Assembly: GCF_009914755.1 (NCBI RefSeq)
Contig: NC_060934.1
Reading direction: 5' to 3' (one strand)
Source of the DNA: the human T2T-CHM13v2.0 reference genome, Homo sapiens
DNA length: 64,000 bases
Notes under the pieces: model-generated
What the model saw: only the letters and a program-made list of their open reading frames with translations
The model's database searches: none
Told to the model about the DNA's origin: nothing
Shown here: positions 54,360-64,000 of the stretch, piece after piece
How positions within the stretch are numbered: position 1 is the first letter of the stretch
How the letters are laid out: every line of letters starts with the position of its first letter
Translations under genes and position numbers: made by a program

Positions 54360-56765
54360 TAAGTTCTCATTTCACTTGGGTAAATACCTAGGAGCGGGAA
54401 TGTTGGGTCATATGACAAGTATATATTTACCTTCATAAAAAACTGCCAAACGTTTCTCCAAAGTAGCTACACTATTTGCCCTTCCAACAGCAAAGGATGA
54501 AAGTTTCCATTGCTCCCATTCTTACCAGCATTTTGTATTGCCGTTTTTTCCTTAGTTTCTCTTAATATCTTAATTTTCACAATAGACATATAGTACTATC
54601 TCATTATGGGTTTAATTTGCAATTCCATAATTACTAATGATGTTTAATGCCTTTATTTTTTTTTTTTTTTTTTTGAGACAGAGTCTCACTCTGTCGCCCA
54701 GGCTGGAATGCAGTGGCACAATCTTGTCTCACTGCAACCTCCACCTCCTGGGTTCAAGTGATTCTCGTGTCTCAGCCTCCTAGGTAGCTGGGATTACAGG
54801 CACGTGCCACCACACCTGACCAATTTTGTATTTTTAGTAGAGACGGTTTCGCTATGTTGGCCGGGCTAGTCTTGAACTCCTGACCTCAGATGGTCCACCC
54901 ACCTCAGCTTCCCAAAGTGCTGGGATTACAGGCATGACCCACCATGCCTGGCCTATGTTTAACACCTTTTGGGGTGTTTATCTGCTGTTCATACACCTTC
55001 CTGCATAGTGTCTACTCAAATCTTTTGCTCTTTTTAATTAGGTTGTTTACTTTTTTTAATAGAGATGGGGTCTTGCTATGTTGCCCAAGCTGGTCTCAAA
55101 CTCCTGGATTTTCAAGCAATCCTCCAGTCTTGGCCTCCCAAAGTGCTGGGATTACAGACGTGAGCCACCATGCCCAGCTTTGAGTTCCTTATACAGTCTA
55201 TTTTTTGTCAGATATGTGATGGGGAATATTTTCTCCCAGTCTGTGAAGTCTTTTTATTCTCTCAACAGTGTGTTTGGAAGAGCAGAATTTCTTAATTTTG
55301 ATGAAGTCTAATTTATCAGTTTGTTCATTTATGAATCATGTTCTTGGCATCATGTCCAAGAAATCTCTGCCTGACCCATGGTCAAAAATATTTTTGTCCT
55401 ATGTTTTCTTTCAAATATTTTATAGCTGTACATTTTACTTCACAATCTATGAACATTTTTTAAAATAGAAACGGGTCTCACTCTTGCCAAGGCTAGTCTC
55501 AAACTCCTGGGCTCAAGCAATCCTCCTGCCTCAACCTCCCAAAATGCTGGGATTACAAACGTGTGCGACCAGACCCGGCCTACGAACCATTTTGAACTAA
55601 TTTTTGCATACAGTGTCAAGTACAGATTGAGGCTCTAATAAAAAGATTTCATTTTGATGTTTGAGTGCAGATTGCCTTCAGGTCCCACACCTCTCTCCCT
55701 TTTGTCCCACATCTGGGTAAGTCTGTAAGAAAGCCCAGGTACTCCCTCCCTTGGTATTGGTGTAAAGTTGAAACCATATAAATACCACACTTGGGGACCA
55801 GTATTCCCTCCCTTGGTACTGGTGTGAAGTTGAAACCATGTAAATACCACACATGGGGACCATCAAACAAGTTCCACCTTCTGGTCAATAAAAACCAAAG
55901 CCACCCACCCTGTTTCACTCTTGCTTCATCCTGGACTAAACCTAAGTCCTTGACCTTGAGGAGTCCTTTTGCTGTTTACTGTGTGATTAAACTTTATTTC
56001 ATATCCACTGGTGGATTCATGTCACTTGTCCCAATATTCACATAAATTCCTGGGCAAGGGACTGCCCAGTGTCCAACAGTGGATACTTGGTGCCCAAATA
56101 AAACAAAGATTGTTTTTTCTTTGCATATGAATATTCAACTGTTCCAGACTATCCTCTGTTGAACTGCCCTTAAACTTTTTCAAAATGAATTGACAATTTT
56201 TGTGTGACTAAATTCTCTATTTTGTTCAATTGATCTGTATGTCTATCTTTTCTCCAATACCACAGTCTTGGTTATTGCAGCTTTAAACTAAGTTGAAATC
56301 AGGTAGTATGAATCTTCCAACTTTGTTATTCTTTTTCAAAATTGTTTTAGCTTTTCTAGTTCCTTTGGTTTTCCATATTAATTTTAGAATCGGCTCATTA
56401 ATTTCTATAAGAAATCCTCTGAGATTTGGACTAGAAATGTGCTGAATCTATAAATCAGTTTGAGAAGAGTAGGTATCTTAATACTGAGTCTTCTAATCCA
56501 TGAACATGATATAATCAGTGTTTCATAATTTTCAACATACAAATATTACACACCATTTGAAAAGTTAATACTTAAGTATTTCATGGTTTTTAGTGCTAAT
56601 GAGATGGGAATTTTTCACTTTAGTTTCTAATTGTTCATTATTAGTATACAGAAATACAATTTACTGTTGTATATTGACCTTCTAAGCTACAACTCTGCTG
56701 AATTAACCTATTCACTAGAGCTTTTTTGAAGAGTCACAGACATGTTGTCTGTGAATAGAAACTGC
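54360..56765 (-). mobile_element. Old L1M ORF2/3' region with nested Alus and an LTR
   Basis: aactgccaaacgtttctccaaagtagc and tcttccaactttgttattctttttcaaaattgttttagc. Confidence 0.72.
55655..56095 (+). mobile_element. ERV-type LTR fragment containing a 2 x 62-nt tandem repeat (55739-55862)
   Basis: gtcccacatctgggtaagtctgtaagaaagcccagg interrupts the L1; family uncertain. Confidence 0.5.
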
Positions 56766-56834
56766 TCTTTGAAGCACACTGTTTAAAGAATGAAGACAAG
56801 CCAACAACTGGGAAAAAATATTTCCCTATCACAT

Positions 56835-57965
56835 CTAGCTATTGCACTCCTAGGCATTAATATAAGAGAAAAGAAAGCATATCTCTCTCCAACAACTTGT
56901 ACATGAATGCTCATAGCAGCTTTATTCATAATAGTCAAAAAGTGAAAACAATCCAAATGTCCATCAAAGGGTAAATGGGTTAAAAAAAATCATGGTATAT
57001 TCATAAAATAAAATACTATTCAACAATAAAAAACTATGAACACATAACAACATGGATGAATCTCAAATTATGCTGAGTGTAAGGAGATTCCCCGTGCTAA
57101 AAAAAAAAAAAAAAAGCGTATATACAATTCCATTTTTATAAAATTCTAGAAAATAAAAACTAATCTTAAGCAACAGAAAGGAAACAATGGTTTCCTAGGG
57201 ATACAGAGAGGGTAGTAAGGAGCAAAAGAAGGGATTACAAAAAGTCATAAGGATACTGCCGATGCCCCGGCTAGAGTGCAGTAGCGTGATCTTGGCTCAC
57301 CGCAGCCTTAATCTCCAGGCTTTGGGTGAGTCTCCCACCTCAGTCTCCCAAGTAGCGGGGACTGCAGGCACACAACACCACACCTGGCTTTTTAATTTTT
57401 TTGTAGAGACAGGGTTTTACCATGTTGCGCAGGCTGGTCTTGAACTTCTGGGCTCAAGCAGTCCTCCTGCCTCGGCCCCCCAGAGTGTTGGGATTACAGG
57501 TGTGAGCCACTGCGCCTGGCCAAGTATACTCTTTTTTGAGACAGAGACTCATTTCGGTCACCAGGCTGGAGTACAGTAGCACAATCACAGTTCATTGAAG
57601 ACTCAACCTCCCCAGCTCAAGCAATCCTCCTGCCTCGGCCTCCCAAGTAGCTAGGATTACAGGCAGGCACCATCACACCCAGCTAATGTTATTTTATTTT
57701 GTGTAGAGATGAAGTCTTTCTATGTCGCCCAGGCTGGTCTGGAACTCCTGGGCTCAAGCAGTCCTCCTGCCTCGGCCACCCAAAGGGTTGGGATTACAGG
57801 CCTAAGCCACTGTGCCTGACCTTGAGGATACTCTTGAAGGTGATGGATATGTTCCTTATCTTGATTGTACTGATATTTTTTTAAGTAGATATTTTTGTCA
57901 AATTTATCAAATTGTACACTGTAAATATATGCAATTTGTCCTGTCAATTTTGTTCAATAAAGTCG
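56835..57965 (+). mobile_element. L1ME-like 3' end with two nested antisense Alus (57262-57522; 57532-57821)
   Basis: gcagctttattcataatagtcaaaaagtgaaaacaatccaaatgtccatcaa...ttcaataaag. Confidence 0.72.
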
Positions 57966-58166
57966 TTAAAATATATCAGTTTATTCAATTTATTAGTAAT
58001 CACCCTTATATCAAAGATTAGTGTTTTACTTATTACTATCACTCTACTTGGTGGCAATGGTCACTATTCACTATTTTCAAATACAATATTAAGGTTTTTT
58101 AAATTCAGGCATAGTAAATTGAGGTCTATTTTCAAAATATCTTTGAGGTTAAAGGAAGTAACTGCA

Positions 58167-58472
58167 GGCCAGGTGCGGTGGCTCATGCCTGTAATCCCAG
58201 CACTTTGGGAGGCCGAGGCTGATGGATCACCCCCGGTCAGGAGTTCGAGACCCGCCCGGCCAAGATGGTGACACCCTGTCTCTACTAAAAATACAAAAAA
58301 GTAGTCGGGCGTGGTGGCGGGTGCCTGTAATCCCAGCTACTCGGGAGGCTGAGGCAGAGAATTGCTTGAACCCAGGAGGCAGAGGTTGCCGTGAACCGAG
58401 ATTGCGCCACTGCACTCCAGCCTGGGTGACAGAGTGAGAGTCCATCTCAAAAAAAAAAAAAAAAAAAAAAAA
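58167..58472 (+). mobile_element. Alu (S-like)
   Basis: TSD gaagtaact. Confidence 0.88.
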
Positions 58473-59719
58473 GAAGTAACTAAATTTTGAAATCATGTAA
58501 ATTTGAGAATGTCTTCATGTAACCTTTGACTATGAATATGTTGCCTGAGTTTACCAAAAAAATAAATAAATAAATAAATAAATAAATAAAAAGGAGGAAG
58601 GTTGTCAGAACCATAGGGCAAGAACAAAGGTCACACACACAAGTAACATTTTGAGGTCCTAAATTCAACCAGTAGGTTTTAGAAATACCAACTTTTTTTG
58701 TTTTTTTGAGACAGGGTCTGGCTCTGTCACCCAGGCTGGAGTGGAGTGGAACAATCAGAGCTCACAGCAGCCTTGAACTCCTGGGCTCCAGAGATCTTCC
58801 CACCTCAGCCTCCCAAAGCACTGGGATTACAGATGTGAGCCACCACGCCTAGACTAAAATAAACATTTCTTGATCATATTTTTGGAGAAATTAGATATGC
58901 AAATCTAGTTAATATAAGATTAGAACTGTAAGAGAAGTCTTGAGCCTACTTAAAATCAGTTAATCAATATTTAATTTATTGTTGCAGACACATGTAACAG
59001 GATATCTGATGCTTCATACACTGTTCAATGCCTTTTAATTTTATGACTTGTATGATAGTTCTCGGCTATTCATTCTTGGGTTTTACTGAAGTTCCAAAAA
59101 TCAAAGAGCTTTGATTCTTGTAATGGAAATATCTAGAGAAACTTGTGTTTAACTGACTCGGCAGAGATGAAGGCCAAATTCTCATATGTACCTATAACAT
59201 TACTCAAATACTATTCTTAGTACAAAAAAGTTAAATATACTCTTATCTCTGAACATGAGCTATTCAGACCAAGGCCACTCAGGTCAGAGTAGAATACTCA
59301 AAAGCTGGCTTTAGCAGTCCCTTTCCTCCTAAAAAATGGATTATTGCTCTGAGGCCCAGGTATACTCAGCTTCATCCCTCCCAAGGCTATTCTGTCAAAA
59401 TTCCACTTTTATTTCCACCCAGTCTACCTCTTTCTAGTCTTCAATTATCTGTTTACTCTAATGCCAGATCCAAATTTCTCAAGTTGAGGTAAAGAGAGAC
59501 AAAATAAGACCATGTATACTAGAACAGGGAAAAATGAATTCATGGTTGTAGAGGATGTGAATCTAGATATGCATTTCCATTCAGTGCTACAGATTTAATA
59601 TCTAGTAAAATGTTAGCCACATGGTGCTATATCATGTAATTTTTATGTCCTACTTCTCCTATGAAACATTTCTCATCATTCTTGATTTTCCTACAGTCTA
59701 CTGGCCATATTGTAAATAA

Positions 59720-60043
<324 letters not shown>

Positions 60044-60226
60044 GCAACATAGTAAGGCCCTGTCTCTAAAAAAAAAAAAATTTAAATATAAATTTAAAAA
60101 TTAAAAAATTGGTTAAAGTTTACTGTAATTATACAGGTTGATAAAATAAACCACTAAATTACAGTCCTCTCTTTGCACTACTTATAATGGAGAAACAGCT
60201 CAAGTGTCCAACAAGAGAGTAAGGAT

Positions 60227-60525
60227 GACCAGGCATGGTGGCTCACACCTATAATCCCAACACTTTGTGGGGCAGATGGGAGAATCACTTGAGGCCAGGA
60301 GTTCGAGACTAGCCTGGTCAACAGAGCAAGATCCCATCTCTACAAAAAATTAAAAAATTAGCTAGACATGGTGGCATGCATCTGTACCCCGAGCTACACC
60401 CGGAGGCTGAGGCAGAAGGATTGCTTGAGCCCAGGAGTTCAAGGCTGCAGTGAGCTATGGTCACACCACTGCACTCCATCCTGGGCAACAGAGCAAGATC
60501 CTATCTCTTAAAAAAAAAAAAAAAA
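60227..60525 (+). mobile_element. Alu (J-like)
   Basis: TSD aagagagtaagg. Confidence 0.85.
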
Positions 60526-60945
60526 GAGAGAGTAAGGCTGAGTGTACTAATTCCACATAATATTACTATTTAAGAAAGAAATGAGTAATATGGACACATT
60601 TTTATGAAACACTAAACATGAGGAAGAGAAAGGCCCAATATAGAACTCATTCACTGATGACAACTAGGTAAGAAGTCTGAATCTCTATAATGTATTTTTA
60701 GCAAATGTCAAATCAAATATACTAACAGTCATACTGATCATCCAAAGGAAGACCAGGAAAAAGAATGTTTTTCACCACACCGAGTTTAAAAACTGCTGGA
60801 GTAACCTAAATGAGAGTCCTTTTGAATTGCCAAAGCTTTTCTTTAGGTACAATACTTATTCAACTAGAGAAACTGAAGCTGTCCTAATGACAGGACAGCT
60901 TCAATTTATACAAATAAATTTTCTTGAATAGAAACACAAAGCTTT

Positions 60946-61328
<383 letters not shown>

Positions 61329-62960
61329 TTATTTGGATTTTTTATATATATTCATATATTTATACACACACAACACATTATGGTTTAATTACAAGATTCA
61401 AGATCTCACTGCAAGAAAAGCAATAAAGTTTAATGCCAAGAGCCTATGCAATTTATTTTTGTTTACTTCCAAGCCTGTTCCACTTTCAGAATGGAAAACC
61501 AAAGTTAAGTTACCATATATAGGAGAGGGCATGCAATGTGATATACTTTCACAGACTAGACAATTTAGCATTTCAACAATTCTAACAACCTATTAACTTT
61601 TGTTAAAACCCTTTTGGCAAAAATGTATTAGGGTCACCCACATATACAAGTCCAGTCAGACTTACATGCCCAGCTCGATTTTCAGAAACATTCAATACTG
61701 CCTCAAGACACCTAGATACCCTTAGAGAGTAACTTCACATCTCTTACTTTTTAGGGGTTCTTATAATAAAGTTCATGAATGGACTTGAGTGGGGGGGCAG
61801 GAAGTGACATACAAAATTCCATGTAGGGTGTATTTGCATTTTCTGACATAGGACCACACCTTTCATCAGATTCTCAAAGGATTTCATGACCTTAAAATAG
61901 TTTGAGAACCACTATTATGTATCTCACAGGTCAATTCAAGAGCAATAATTATATCCTAGTTGATAACTGGTTGCTAAGTAAAATAAAGCATTCCTTCCAC
62001 AGAAAGGAAGGCTCACAAGCTTTATGGCTGTCCCAGCTCTTGCTGCATCTCTGGAATAAATGCCGTTTGAACTTAATTGCCCTACTGAAAAACACTGCTT
62101 TTCAGTATACAACTTATTCTGCACTAATAGAAAAGGTTAACAGCTCCTTGCCAAAAAGCCAAGATTCATCTGCAACAACCCAGACTACAAGGCAATATAA
62201 AACTTTTTTTCAATAGTCTTTTGCACTAATTTTTTTGGCATAATTAAAAGTTGTACACATTTTTCAACTGTTTTACCATCTAAGTTACCAAAACACAAAA
62301 TGGCCAATGTAATTATCCGCCTACCAAAGTCCTGATTTTCAGTACTTCAAAATAAAACTCATTTCAAAATGTCAATAAAAACAGCACTACCCATTTAAAA
62401 GAGACAGAAATAGTCCTTTTCCTAGTTAGTCTATGTAAATCTAAGAAACATTTGTCATCAGCTATCAAAAACAATGGCAGGACTTAAGGCACAATGTCCC
62501 AAAACCAAAACTGACTATGAATTTTATTAAAGGTAAGTGATAAAGTCTCTTTTCCCACATAAAGAAAAAAGTAAAATTTGAAGTTCACATTTCAGATTCT
62601 TAAATTACGCTCACAAGCTAAAAAAAAAAAAAAAAAAAAAAAAAAATCACGGGGTGTGTATTCACATTTCACATGAAGACAAAATATAGTTGAGGTTGTT
62701 CACTTTCAGCTTCTTGAATATATCGTCTTAGGATACCGATTTTCTCCATAGAAACTTGATTCTAAAAATCCCTTTAAAATGTTTTTTAAATTAACTTCCA
62801 ACGTTCCTGCTATGCAGACTGAATTCTTCATCTGATTATTTTAGGAAAAGACTAGCCTCATTCATAAGCTACGTCTAAACCTAAAAGGGGAAATACGTTT
62901 CTAACCAGAACTTTAAAAAAAAAAAAAAAAAAGAGTAAAAAATTGATGAAAGAACGCTGC

Positions 62961-62992
62961 TGCCACGTCTTTGCCCCTCCCCCCTTCACGTA
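62961..62992 (-). promoter_or_regulatory. Paired ACGTG cores: candidate hypoxia-response element, one overlapping a TGCCACGT motif
   Basis: CACGT at 62964-62968 and 62987-62991 on the CpG-island shore. P4HA1 is an established HIF-1 target. Motif match only. Confidence 0.5.
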
Positions 62993-63484
62993 GTGGCTAT
63001 TTCATCCCCTCCGAGTGCATTCCAAGCGAAAGTCCGAGAACCACTGCTCTCGGAGAAACCAGAAACAGTTAAGTGGAAATTGGCAAGTCTCTTTGGCCTT
63101 TTAGATCAATTCCTAAAAGAGGATCTAGCTGCTTCTTCAACCCTTTCTTAAAGAAAACAGTGCAAAATTCCAAGAGTCTTCACTCTATCCGGAACGCGTA
63201 AGATGTTAGTGTCTAAACATTGAATTTGTATGTAACAGAGTCGATTATTTAGGAGAAAGAGTCTCACAGTTATCATACCATCCTTCCTCCCCATTGAAAC
63301 ATACATCCGGGGGCCAGCCATGTAATCCAACTCAAAATCCTCACACAACCATGGAATTTGTTGGACTGATGTGGACTTTTAAAAGCTGCAAATTCTCGGC
63401 AGAGAGAGACAGAGAGACAGAGATTGAGAGAAGAGCTCTTGTCTCTTTTTAAAAAAAGTTATGGGGAAGAAGAGGGAAGGAAGC

Positions 63485-64000
63485 TTCCCTGACGACGAGG
63501 TGACCTGAGAGCCTACTTCCTCGGCGCTACGAGCAGAAAGCTCGGCGCCCCGGGCTACGTCTGGCAGCTAATGCTGCACCGCTGCGCGCAACAGATGAGT
63601 TCAGCCGGAACTTTCTGGGGAGGTCCCCCCAGCTCCCGGCGACTTTCGATAGGGCAAAAATGCCTGGCGCGCTGCGGATCCAGCTCCAAGCCTTAAAATC
63701 CGCTCTCCACCGCCACATGCGAACCATCTGCGGCTGTGGCGGCCAAAAGCCCACGCCCCGCGCTTGCGTTCCCCTTAGCCTCGTTAGGGAGGACCAGGTG
63801 CAGGGGAACTTGGAAAAAAAAAAAAGCAACAGAGTGATTCCTCCCCGGGAAGGAAAATTCAAGAAAGTCCTGGTCCCTAGGGCGGGGACTGAGGCTGCAG
63901 CAGCCCCAGCGGTCCGAGGCGCACTAGGGACAGAGGTGGGAAGGGGGGCACGAAGGAGCGCGGGCGCCGGGAGTCGCGTGGCGCAGGGAGAGGGGCCGAG
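63485..64000. promoter_or_regulatory. P4HA1: CpG island (promoter-proximal part of intron 1), truncated by the window edge
   Basis: Abrupt rise in GC and CpG density; GC box GGGCGGGG at 63880-63887; located at the 5' end of the minus-strand gene. Confidence 0.85.

Noticed and set aside
55739-55862. CRISPR-like array (also considered for 32257-32304)
   Set aside because: Only two adjacent units with no spacers, in human intronic DNA.
63527-63862. 111-aa minus-strand ORF in the CpG island, or exon 1
   Set aside because: GC-rich, stop-poor sequence with no recognisable homology and no convincing donor site; exon 1 probably lies beyond 64000.

Overview
Human genomic DNA (dense primate Alu/L1/LTR repeats, including a human-specific-type AluYa5) covering most of P4HA1 (collagen prolyl 4-hydroxylase alpha-1) on the minus strand. 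I mapped exons 2-8 and the mutually exclusive 71-nt exons 9 and 10 by hand. All have GT-AG boundaries and a continuous frame from MIWYILIIG to residue ~383. The non-coding exon 1 probably lies just past the CpG island at the right edge, and exon 11 onward lies past the left edge. Nearly all other ORF-track entries are repeat-derived noise. The most interesting unexplained signal surrounds the mutually exclusive exons. Two nested intronic complementary pairs about 1 kb apart (12559-12575 with 11423-11438; 12489-12508 with 11451-11469) could loop out exon 9. The same downstream boxes have competing partners (the exon-10 donor flank at 11257-11272, and 11517-11526), which suggests a candidate docking/selector RNA-structure switch. 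This is a hand-derived hypothesis and no folding was computed. Also notable: a perfect 226-bp dispersed duplication in intron 1, a cluster of three inverted repeats, paired HRE-like motifs, and Y3 and 7SL retrocopies. Repeat boundaries are approximate, and subfamily names come from recalled consensus sequences.
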